Below, in pieces: positions 1 through 10,914 of a stretch of 64,000 nt of DNA (position 1 is the stretch's first letter; every line of letters starts with the position of its first letter). Below the pieces are notes generated by a model. It was given only the letters and a program-made list of their open reading frames with translations, searched no databases and had not been told where the DNA came from. A program made the translations under genes and the position numbers. Location: assembly GCA_004431415.1 (NCBI GenBank), contig QPMI01000560.1, forward strand, positions 62,001-126,000, given 5' to 3'. The DNA is from Cyanophora paradoxa CCMP329 (taxonomy: Eukaryota > Plantae > Glaucophyta).

Positions 1-1118
1 CCAGATGTCGTTGGTCGTGTCTGAAATGCACGCAGGCTTGAGCTCGAGGTGCGTGGCAGTACGTGCGCACCCTCGTTCTCGGGCGCTTCGGCTTCTCTAG
101 CGGCCTTCAAGATCTCTACAATGTTGTCGCGGTTCGCGGGGCCTGCGGGCGATGCAGGTGAGCGCAAGAAGGACGACCGTGGAACTCGCGCGCACCCGGA
201 ATGTCCGGAATCGCGCGCTCGGTCGTCGGGGCGCGCTCGGTCGGGATGGCGCGTTCAGGCGCCTCCCCGCTCCAACGCGGCACGCCCGCCGCGAAGAATC
301 CGATGCCGCGAGAACCGGCGACGCTGGAGCGCGCGGAGCAGAAGGCAGCACGAAGCATCTTGAGCAGAGCAGCGGCGACGAGTGCACCCGCGATGCGTTG
401 CGCAGCTCCTTCCCCGACAGAGGCCGCGCTCAGGTACGCGCATGCGCAGCGCGCGCGCACGCGATCGAGCTTGTTTAAATTCAAGCTTGCCTCTTTTTAA
501 AGCTTCGGGCGCTCGCGGTCGAGCGCCGACGTCGCGCGCGCAGGGGTTCCGTATGGATCTACACGCGCCCCGCTCTGGCAGGCCACCCAATCCCTCTGTG
601 CGCTCTTCGGCGAGCAGCACTCACATTGGGCACCAGTGCGCTACCTTCGATTTCGATTTCGATTTCGTATGTTTTCTATAATTAATTTGATTTCGCGCGC
701 GCGGCGTCGCGCAGGCGATCCGCACGGATTGCGATGGCCCCAGTACCCCAGCTTCGATCCGACGCGGCGCGATGCGGCTCCACCTTACGCACCTTCGGGA
801 GCGGGGGAGGCCCGGTACCGGTCTCCCGGTCCGGGGCTCGTTGGGGTTCCGGCCCCCTCGGGCAGCATTCCTCTCCCTTAGGGCCAGTCCGTGGCGGGAA
901 CGGGCGAGCCTCCGGGCACGGCCCGCACCTTTGATCCTATGATCTTAAGCCCGTAGGGTAAGTAGACCTAGGGTTTCGATCTCGAGCTTCGGTATTCGAT
1001 TTCGATTTTCGACGTCACTTGCCTATCTGACCGAGCCCATGGATTCGACCGGCGGCCCACTGCTAGCCAGACAGCTACCAGGGCTAGTCCAGATATCGTT
1101 GGTCGTGTCTGAAATGCA
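1..1118. repeat. 30-bp direct repeat (1-30 and 1089-1118) flanking about 1.06 kb of non-coding sequence with TTCGAT microrepeats
   Basis: ccagatgtcgttggtcgtgtctgaaatgca vs ccagatatcgttggtcgtgtctgaaatgca, 29/30 identical; TTCGAT tandem copies at about 646-668 and 995-1011. The first copy may extend beyond the window edge. Confidence 0.7.
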
Positions 1119-1230
1119 GACGAGAAGAGGGAGAAGAGAAGCGAGGCCTAGGGGGGAGAGAATCCGGGGATTCAAGCGGCGAGGGAGATCTAGAGGGAGA
1201 GGCGATGAGACGGGAGGGGGGAGTCATAGT

Positions 1231-2366
1231 CTAAGAGCAGTGCGCCTGCACGAAGGACGCAATGCGCTGGAGGACCGCCGCGTCGGCGTCCTCCTGTGTG
1301 GTCCCGCGCGCCTTGAGCTCCCGCTTGCTGACGACGAGGGAGTGGTCGCCCTGCTCGACCGCGAGCACCTCCGCCGGCACGCCCCGCCCCCTCATCTTCT
1401 CCACCGCCTCCCGCAGCTTCTCCATCGGCGACATCGCGTCCCGCGTCCCTGCAGGCCAAGACCTCAGAAGCAGGGGCTGGGCGGGGGCCGAGCGTGGGCG
1501 GGAGGGGCAAGAGGGGGAGGGGAAAGGGCGGGGTAGATAGGGTAGGCGGGAAGAAGTGCGGACCCTGGACGAAAAGAGTTGGGTGCTGGACGCTCTGCAG
1601 TACCTCGTCCCGAAGCTTCCCATTCGCGCCCTAGCAGGGAGGCCGTCTGAGCCGCGTTCGGCTAGTGCGGGGTTCAACGCATGTGGCTCACTTTGAGGGG
1701 GTAGCCCAGCGCGATGACGCAGCGAACGCGCTGCCGAAGGTGCCCCTCCAGCTCGGCAGAGAGGTGGCAGCTGGCGCGGGACCCCATCGACTTGCCGATA
1801 AGGACTATGCCGCCAGGTGACGCATTCGCGACCCGCTCCAGCTCCTCCCTGCTCGAGGGAGTTTAGCGAGCGGTGGCCGCTGTTGATCACGTTGAGAGCT
1901 CGAGGGCGCGCGCTGACCTGTGCTGCTGGACGAGCTTTGGCATCGGAGCGGGCGCGCCGCGCTTGCCCCCGGCAAGGTAATGGTAGTCGAACGCGTGCAC
2001 GGAGCCGAGTGTTTCCAAGCGCCGCTTCCACTTCAGCATCCATTCGGAACTTGAATTCGCTCCAGCGCCGTGCGCGAAGACGAAAGCGACGGTCCGGGCG
2101 AGCTGAGCGGAACTTGCGCTGCCATCTGCTGCGCCTGCGCTTGCGTTCGAATCCTCTGTTGCAGGCTGGCTGCTGCAGCTCTCGTCATGGGCGCTCAACG
2201 AGCGCTTCCGCTTCCTCCCCCCTCCACTCTCCGCTGCTGCAGGACGGTCGAGAGCCGCCTGCTCTGGCTTCCTACGACCGCGCGCTTTGCCCGACGCCGT
2301 GGCGGCGCGCTCTGGCCACTCCTCGTCGGCTTTGGCGGCAGCCCGCCTCCGCTTGCCGCGCCCCAG
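1231..2366 (-). CDS. Tex30/KANSL3-like alpha/beta hydrolase (multi-exon; start uncertain, candidate CUG at 2366)
   Basis: Exons give VFAHGAGANSSSEW..FDYHY, nucleophile motif GKSMGSR, LGYPL, GTRD and EQGDHSL; stop at 1231-1233. Confidence 0.8.
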
Positions 2367-2566
2367 CTTCGATCGCTATTCGATTCGCTGGTCTGGTAGC
2401 TATAGTGAGATGCCGCGGGACGCTTAGCTAAAGAAGTTTCGCGCCGGCAGTCGGGTACAGGATCGTTCAACCTCTAGCACCGGAGGCCACAGCAACGTGG
2501 CTAAGCGAGCGATTCTCTCTATCGCTTTAGCTACCAGGTTTCCGCCGGGCGCGCTTGAGTAGTGCG

Positions 2567-3131
2567 ATGCTTGACCACTACGGCGCGCTCGGCGTTGCCC
2601 GGCGGGTCAGCGCGGCGGAGATCCGATCGGCGTATCAGCAGAAGGTCCTGCAATTGCATCCGGACAAGCAGGCCAGCGGGAGCGGCGGCGTCGAGGCGAC
2701 TGATCGCGACTCGATGGCGTTCGTCGAAGTGCAGCGCGCGTGGGAGACGCTGCGCGATCCGGAGGCTCGCAAGGCCTATGATGAAGCGCTTGCGGGTGCT
2801 TGAGGCCCCGCGCACCGCCCGCAGCTAAGGGTTTTCGCCCCGCGGCTGATATCGATGTTCGATTCCTGCGGCCGCAGCTGCGGAAGCGGCCGAGCAGATT
2901 ACCATTGCGGACGAGCTGCAGCTAAGTGATATGGATCGAACGACAAACGAAGACGGTTCCACCGCCTTCTTGCACCCTTGCAGATGTGGCGAGGCGTACG
3001 TCGCGGCGGCAGCGGAGCTCGCCGCGGGCCCGGGCGAGGTTCTGGTGGCGTGCTCGGGCTGCTCCTTCCACGTGCGCATCACTATCAGCAAGGAGGACGT
3101 CGAGCTGCTTCAACGGGAGCTTCGCACGTGA
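2567..3131 (+). CDS. DPH4: J-domain plus CSL zinc-finger protein (DPH4/DNAJC24, diphthamide biosynthesis), 2 exons
   Basis: DHYGALGV..LQLHPDK..AWETLRDPEARKAYD J domain, then CRCG..CSGCS zinc ribbon. Confidence 0.88.
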
Positions 3132-3528
3132 ACCTACCACTGCCTAACCATGCGCCGGCACCTGGGGCCCATGCCCCTTCTCGCACTGCACGGGCTACAT
3201 GTACAGCCTTCTGCGGTGCGTCTCCTGGTCCGTCTTGTCGCCCGACCGACCTGATTGGCCGCCCTCGTGGCAGGGGCGCACGGTCTAGATCTCAGGCAGC
3301 AGCTCTGGCAGCGCGAGCGGCTGTACTACGGTAGCTGTCCAGCAGGCGTGCGACAGTGCGCTCTGGCGGATGACCATGCGGGCATTCCGCCGCTGCACGC
3401 CTCGGAGCTCAATCGCCGAGACTCGAAGCAGCCTCGGAGCACTGGCTTGCGCGGCACAAGCAGCACCGCCGCCAGGCCGATTCGCCCCCCGGCGTATGCA
3501 ATTCGACTATGCACTCTGTACTCTCAAT

Positions 3529-4603
3529 CTACAGAACACTCTCGTCGCACTCGAGCCCGTGTGACTGCACGTGGACGGCGCCTTGAGCGAGGGGCGTGGC
3601 CGCTGCGGGCGCGGGCGCGGGGGCCGGCGGCGCACCCGGTAGAAGTGTTCGATGCCGGCGATGAGTGACCTGAAGGGGACCAGGAACTCCGCTGCCGCGC
3701 GTGCGAGTCAGAGGAGCGCCGCACGCCCGGCCTCGGGGGCGCATCGGAGGGGGCCACGCGGACCGATGTCCTGCAGCACGGCGCGCTCGTCGCTGCCGAG
3801 CGCCCCGAGGAACTTCTCCCGCGAGGTCAGGGCCTTCATCGCCAGCTGGAGGGAAAGAGATGTAAGCGGACGCGCCAGAACGCGGGCCCCGCGCGCGCGT
3901 GCACAGAGACGGTGGTGCGGACGACGCCCCCGTGGAAGCGGGCGAGGGTCCGGTCGTAGGCGTGCGAGGCGGAGTGCCTTAGCTTCTCGTTCCTCGTCCG
4001 CACGCCCTCCAAAAACACGTAGATGAAGTCGAACGCCCTGCGCAACGCGTCGGACGGGGAGGGGGGGGGTCTGGGGTGGTCCACGGGCGCCGCCCCGACC
4101 TCCGGAGCCACAGCACGCTCGAGACGCCCCCATTATGTGCTGCAGAGCGTTAGCTGGAAAGCGCGCCCCCGAAAAGGTTCCCAAAGCACGCACGCGGCCC
4201 GCCCGGCAACCTTGTTTCGTGCGCCAAGAGCTGCCACAAGTCCCTAGAGCCGGCGAGCCCGGACTGAGTATGCGCGTTCTGAAGCTTCTGCATGTTGCCC
4301 CTGATGTCGTTCTTCGCGATGGAAAGCACGCTGAAGCCGAGGGCATCTGTGCGATTATCCGGACGGCGACAGGACTCAGTCAAGCGCTGGCTAAAGCGCT
4401 TTCGCGCAGTGGCGCGCACCAAAGATGGGAAGAAGAGACTCGGTAGCAGCTAGAAAATGTTGGATGTCGACGTGCGCGGCGCTTGGATCCCTGAAGACCG
4501 CCCACCGCGCCTTTGCCACTTCAATGACCCCGCTCGGTACGTGCATTGACGAGTGCGTTGAAGAATGCGAAGAGTCCGTTCCGGAATGCTGCGACGATGA
4601 CAT
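3529..4603 (-). CDS. GLTP: Glycolipid transfer protein (GLTP domain), multi-exon
   Basis: Spliced product has IFDALG..KNDIRGNMQKL, VLWLRRAFDF, AYDRTLARFHG and FYRSHGLE, typical GLTP motifs. Confidence 0.85.
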
Positions 4604-4966
4604 AGCTGCAGGCCGGGAGCGTCCCGCGCGCTGTGAATATATGCTGGCCGAGCGGCTGCTACTCCGGGCGCAGTTCAAGAGGTGGCGAGCTACGCGCTCA
4701 AATGTGCTTGCGGCTTGTAGACCGGCGGCGCGGCGATGCTGCACTCGGAGGCGCGGGGTTCGACGGAACTGGGTCTCCCCGGCAGACGGACCACCTGGAG
4801 CTGAGTTGGACGTCTATTTCTAACAGGAATGTTGAAGAAGACTTGGGATGCGCGCGGCCGGCGGTTTGACGGGGGGTTCGAGCTCAGCGTGGGTACGAGG
4901 TTCGAGCGCCGGCCAAATAACTGGCCAGCGCGTACGTTAGCCAGCGCCAGCATCGACCGGCACAGC

Positions 4967-6832
4967 ATGGAGCCCGCGTTCTCAGCTGCAGCTGTAGCTG
5001 TCGCCGCGCCGACCGGCGCTGGCCGTTTCACAGTTGCGGGCAATGCGAACACCCACAGCTCCCGCCCTCGAGGGACGGGCAGCCGCGCTCGCAAGCTTCC
5101 TGTTAACTCTTTCTTCGGCGGTGGCAGCATGGGGGTGCGCAGCCCGCTTAGCCGTCTCGCGCCGTTTGAGCCTCGCACACATTGTTGGTCCGGTCTGAAT
5201 GCGCCCCGCCAGCCGCGTCGCTCTCGCTTCTGGATGTCAGTTCCGGTGGGGAGCGTTGACAAGGCCGCGGCCAAGCCCGCTGAGGCGCCTCTGGCCAGGT
5301 AAGCCACTTGAACTCCACTGAGCGTCCTGCGCCGTCCGAGCGAGCCGCAGGTACCTCGAGGACGACAGCCCGGCCGCTAAATCGGGGGAGCCGCAGCAGC
5401 TCACGTTCTCGCACGCGAATCTGGGCGTGTACCGGGACCAGCCGTTCGGCGAGGGCTCGTTCGGCAGCGTGTATCCCGCCCGCATCGAGCGGGGCATCGG
5501 CGCCGGGCGGCGCGTCATCGTGAAGGAGAGCAACACAGACGAGTTCGCCATCTACTTCGGGCAGGTCGAGGTGCGGGCCGCCGCGCCCCACCCTGCGGGC
5601 CGCCGCGCCCCACCCTGCGGGCCGCCGCGCCCCACCCTGCGGGCCGCCGCGCCCCGCCCTGGGGGCCGCCGGCTGACTAGCACTGGCGGGCAGCGGTACA
5701 TGAATGAGAAGCTGTGGCCGGAGTGCAAGGATCACATCGCGGCGTTCATGGGCTCCTACGCGCTGCCGTCGGGGGCGCTGGGGCTGGTGTGGGACACGGA
5801 GGGGACGCAGACGCTCTCGGACGTGCTGAACAAGCAGAACTGGCTCGACGAGCTCGAGGCGGCCTTCTACGGCCGCTCCTTCGGCTTCGACGCTGTGCGC
5901 CCCTCGCCCCTCGCCCCTCGCCCCTCGCCGAGTCCGCGGCGGCTGAGCGCGGGGCCGGCAGCCGCTGGAGCGGCACCGGCGGGTGGTGCGGGACATCGCG
6001 CGGCAGCTCCTCGAGGCGCTCGCCGCGCTGCACGAGCGCAGCATCGTCCACCGCGACATCAAGCCCGAGAACATCCTCCTCGTCGGCGGCGGCCGCCTCA
6101 AGCTCATCGACCTGTCCGCCCCGCCGCCCCCGCCCCCGCCGGCGCCGAGCGCCCGGCGCGAGCGGCAGGGCGCAGCGGGTGCAGCGTGGAGACCTCGACG
6201 GGCTTCGGCTTCGCCAAGAACTGGGGCGCCGGCGACCTGCGGTCCGCTCCGCCGCGCCGCCCCGGGCGCCGCCCGTCTTGTTGACGCCGCGCGCAGGTAC
6301 CTCCCCCCGGAGCGCCTAGTGAACCGCTACGTTTTCCCGGACCGCTTCGACCTCTACTCCGCCGCCATCGTCCTCCTCCAGGTCCCCGGCTCGAATCCGC
6401 TCGGGTCCAATCGCACATTCGGATCGCCGGCCGGCAGGTGACGCTGCCGGCGCTGCGGGACGACGTGGCGCTGGCGGCGGCGACGGAGCGGCTGCGGCGG
6501 GCGAACTTCAACCTGGAGGAGTGGATCAAGGGCCAGGGGAACGTTCGCCCCGGGGCGGACCAGTACGAGCTGGACGGCCTGGCGCTCCTCTTCGACGACG
6601 AGCGCGCCCTCTTCAACCTCGTCAAGCCCATGCTCGCCCGCCTGCCCCTCCAGCGGCCCTCCGCCCGCGCCTGCCTCACCGACACACGGTCCCCCCGCCC
6701 CCGCCCCTCCCCTCTTTCGCAGCCGGCCTCACGCGGGCGGGGGGCGGCAGGTTCCTGGCGGGGCCCGAGGCGGAGGCGGCCGCCTCCTCCAAGTCGCCCC
6801 TCGCCAGCCTCGGCAAGCTCTTCTCCCGCTGA
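4967..6832 (+). CDS. Plastid-targeted Ser/Thr kinase, STN7/STN8 (Stt7/Stl1)-like
   Basis: MEPAF transit-like N-terminus; GEGSFGSVY, VIVK, HRDIKPENILL, KLIDLG, DLRYLPPE, PDRFDLYSAAIVLLQVTLPALRDD, resembling STN7-family subdomains. Confidence 0.8.
5577..5660. repeat. Intronic minisatellite, about 22-bp unit (gccgccgcgccccaccctgcgg) x3-4
   Basis: Directly visible tandem copies inside a kinase intron. Confidence 0.85.
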
Positions 6833-7262
6833 ATGGACCCCGCCCCCTCTACTCTTGAGCGCCCCATCGGCCTCCAGTCACAGTGTACGATTCCGATTTT
6901 GGCCGCCGCGCCTCTCCGACCCGCTTCCGGATCGAGAGCGCGGCGAGCTCCCAATTTTCCTTGGCATAATACTTTCCTCCTCACTGAGAGTCATCTTCTT
7001 CTTATCAAGTACTCTTGTAATTTTTGTACATGTACGACGTGGAATAGGTACTGTAGTTCGGGATTCCGTAAGCTAGGTCTATTGATGATGTTCAGTGCGC
7101 TTCTGCCACATTTTTGAAAACGTAACGGGGAAAAAGCAAAAGGCGAATGCGAGACACTAGAATCAAATCGGGCTGCCGTAGTACATCATGATCAAATATA
7201 CGTAAAGAAGAGGGGGCTTCTCGGCGAGCCCGGGGGCGGGGCGGGACCAGGCCGGGGCGCCT

Positions 7263-10200
7263 TCAGACGACGCGGACGGGCGAGCCGGGCTCGGCGGCCG
7301 GGGAGCGCCCACCGGGCCCGCCCTGGGCGGCCCAGTCCCGCAGCCGTTCCGGCTGGGCGAGGGGCGAGTGGAGCAGGCCGGACTGCGGCGTGCGCGCTCC
7401 GGAGTGCGACTGGGGCGTCCGCGGCCCGTCATGCCCGGGCTCCGGGTCCGGGCCCGCCGCGGGGGCTGCGCCGGGCGCGCGGGGGCAGCAGGGGCGGCTC
7501 CTGCGGGCGGAAGATGGCGGAGGGGGAGGAGAGCGGGCTCGGGCGCGCCCGGGAGCTCTCGAGCTCGGCGGCGAGGGCGCGCAGGGTCCCGATGGAGCTC
7601 CGGCCCCGCGCCTCCTGCCCGTCCGCCGACCCCCGCCGCCGCTCCCGATCCGCCGGCGAGGGCCCCGCCCCGCCCGCCCCCGACGCCGCCCCGGCGCCCC
7701 GCGGGCTCCTCAGCGGCGGCAACGCCTCCTGCGGGGGGAGGAAGGGAGGCCCCAGCGGGGAGCCTCGCCGGCCGCGGACGGGGCGAGCGGGGCGCTGATG
7801 GAGGCGCGGGCGGCGAGGGCGGGGCCGGCCCGCGGGGCGACTCGACGGCGCCCATGGTGGCGCGGGTGGCGAGCCCCGCCGGGGGCAGCGGAAGCGGGGC
7901 CACCACCACCTGCTGCTGCTGCTGCGGGGCCCCCGCCTGCCCCAGCGGGGCCCCCGCGGCCATTGCCATCGCCTGGAGCATCGCGAGGTGGTGCGCCGCG
8001 GAGGAGGAGGAGGAGGAGGGCGGCTCGCGGGGGCCCGACCCGGCGCCGGGCGGGGAGACGGGGACGAAGGCGGAGGAGGGCGGGGCGGGGGCCTGGGCGG
8101 CGGGGCCGGGGCCCTCGGCGGCGAGGGAGACGACGGCGCGGTGAAGGCGACCGTTCTCCTCGATGGTCGACTGCAGCCGCTCCTCCAGCAGCCGCATCTT
8201 CGCGAAGTAGTCCTCCAGCAGCGCCGCGCCCCCCGCCGGCCCCACCTCCCCCGCACCCGCCCCGCCCCCGCCGGCGCCGGCGCCGGACGAGGAGGCCGGG
8301 TTTGGCTTCAGGGGCGACATCGGCTGCGAGTGCGGTGCCGGCTGCGGCTGGTACGACGGGGAGTACTGCGGCGAGGCCTGCTGCTGCGGCTGTTGCTGTT
8401 GTTGTTGCTGCTGCGGCTGCTGCTGCTGCCTGCTGCCGCCGCTCTGGTAGAGCTGCTGCTGGAGGAGGTTCAGCGCGAGGGCGCTCTGCGGCGGCTTCGC
8501 GCCCGGCGGCTGCTGCAGCGGCGGCAGCAGGGGCGCGATCGCCGCCGTCGGACTCTGCTGCCGCGAGGACGGCTGCGCGAGGGGCGCGGCGCTGTACGCC
8601 CCCGGCGCCGGCACGGAGACGGCGTTGCCGCGCGGGCCCGCCGAGGCGGCCCGCGGCTGCGCCTCGCCCGGGCCCGACGCCCGCTGCTCCGTCGTCGTTG
8701 GCGCGGCGGCCGCAGGCGGCGGCGGCGGCGGCGGTGGCGGGCGGCGTCGACGCGGGAGAAGGCGCTGCCGGGGGGCCGCGTCTCCTCCTGCGGCGCCCCC
8801 TGCTGCTGATGCGCGCCGGGCTGGGCGCCGGCCCGGAGCTGGGCCGGGGCCGGGGCTGGGGCGTGCCGGCCCGGCGGCGGCGGCCTCCGCCGGGGCGTCG
8901 AGGACGCGGTCCGAGGGCCGCTCATCGTCCAGCTGGCGGCTCGAGTTTGAGCGCTGCGCCCCAGCCGGCGCTCAGCGGGCGGGACGGGGCCGCCTGCGGG
9001 GAGGCGGCGCGCGGGCGCACCCGGGAGAGGCGCTCCATGAGGGCCGCCGCTCGCCTGCAGCTCGTCCGCCTGCCGCCGCGTTAGCCACGCGCTGCGCGAC
9101 CGGCAGCGGGCGGGCGGGGGGGGGGGGGGGGGGGGGCGCACGGTGTGGTCGGGGACGGGGCCGGGGGCGACGCCGCCGGGGCTGCCGGGCGCCGGGAGGA
9201 GGGAGGCGCGCTCGCGCACGAGGGCGTCGCGCTCGGCCATCACGCGGTTCCGGTCCATCGCCGCCCGGTCCCGCTCCTCCGCCACCCGCTGCACCTCCGC
9301 CGCCAGCGCCTCGCGCTCCGCCGCCGCCTGCCGCACCGCCTCCTGCGCCCGCCGCATGTTCTCCATCGCCCGCTGCATCTGCGCCACCGCCAGGTCCTTC
9401 TCCAGGCTCAGCCGCGCTGCGCCGCGCCGCCCCGGCGTCAGAGCTCGAGCTGCAGGAAGCGAGGAGGAAGAGGGGCGCACCGGCGTCGGTGACGAGGCGG
9501 TCGCGCTCGTCGGAGACGCCGCCGCGGGCGGAGGCCATGCCTCGCATCGCCGCCTCGGCCTGCTCGCGCTCGCGCCGCAGCGCCCCGCACTCGGCCTGCA
9601 GCAGCTCCATCGCCTCCTCGGCCGCCGCGCAGCGCTGCTCCAGCGCCAGCCGCTCCGCGGCGAGCGCGTCGCGCTCCCCCTCGAGGCCGCCGAGGCGCTT
9701 GCGGGCCGCCTTGGCGTTCTGCTCGGCGTTCCACTCGGCGTCGGCGAGGCGGCAGCGGAGGACGGCGACCTCCTCCCGCGCCAGCGCCGCCGCCATCTCG
9801 CCGTCGGCGACCCGCCGCTGCAGCTGGCTCACCTCCCGCTGCGCCCGCCGCAGCTCTTCCACCGCCCGCTGCCGCTCCTCGTTCGCCCGCCGCTTCTGCC
9901 GCTCGCACTGCGCGCGGGCGCAGCCGCCGCCGCCGCCCTGCGCGGCGTCGCCCTCGAGGGACTTGGTGCGCTCGATGTCCATCTGCGACTTGATGACGAA
10001 GAGGCGCGACTCGTAGCGGTTCTCGATCGCCGACACGATCGGCGACGAGGTCCCCGGCAGGCTCGTCACCAGGCACTGGACCGCCGGCCCGTCTGCCCCC
10101 CGCCCCGCGCCCCGTCAGCCCCGAGCGAGGCGCTCGCCCGCGAGCGGGGCCCGCGCGTGCGCACCAACGCCGGACTCCCGGAGGAAGGCTGGGCGGCGGC

Positions 10201-10728
10201 GAAGTCAGAAAGGGTGGCGGGGAGGCGAGCGGCAATGCCCGTTACCTTCGATGAAGTTTTCTTCGGCAGCCTTGAACTCCAGGAAGCTCGGCGCATCGCC
10301 CAGCTGCGCAGCCACATCAACAATCATCACCTCCGACTCTCTCCACCGGCCACGTACCTTCTTTTCGACCTGTACTCTCCATAGTTCTCGGAAGATTACG
10401 TCGAAAGGCTGCGGAGCGGGATCAGCAGGGCGATGCGCTCTTACAATGCGAGTGTAGGTGTCCGCTGGTGTACTAGCGCTGGGTGGAACCGGCACGGCGG
10501 CCAGGAAAGAGCAAGTCTGACCTGTTTTGGAGTGCGGGAGCAGGACAGGTCGGCACGAGCCTGCTCCCAGAGCTGCTGGCGTGTCGGCACAAGCGGGCGT
10601 GGCGGCGGCGCGGCGGCGCGGCCGACCTTGCGAAACTCGAAGGGCATCTCTTTGGTGCTCTCGAGAAAAAGCTTCGCATGCTCTAGGAGAACTTCGCCTT
10701 GATCTCTCCACTTCACAGAGGTGTCCAG
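7263..10728 (-). CDS. Hypothetical coiled-coil protein with polyQ/low-complexity C-terminal half (both ends uncertain)
   Basis: Exons QLWEQARADL.., PFDVIFRELWRVQVEKK, AIENRYESRLFVIKSQMDIER, long heptad-rich segments and a polyQ tract near 8380-8430. First in-frame ATG is 10647. Confidence 0.6.
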
Positions 10729-10914
10729 CTTTTCACGCGAGCTCGAAGAACGAGCTCGCGGCAACGATTTCCTTCAGGCTCCCGCTCCGACGCAAGGGTG
10801 CGAAGCGCGCCGACTTCTCCAGACCCCGGGTACGGCAATTCGAATCTTGACCGGGAAACCGAGCGCAGCTGGTTACCCCTGCACCTTCGGTGCGGCTTCT
10901 CCATGCAGCCGAGC

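Noticed and set aside
4140-4200. Premature stop or stop-codon reassignment in GLTP
   Set aside because: The TAA lies in an intron (branch-site CTAAC); splicing restores the frame.
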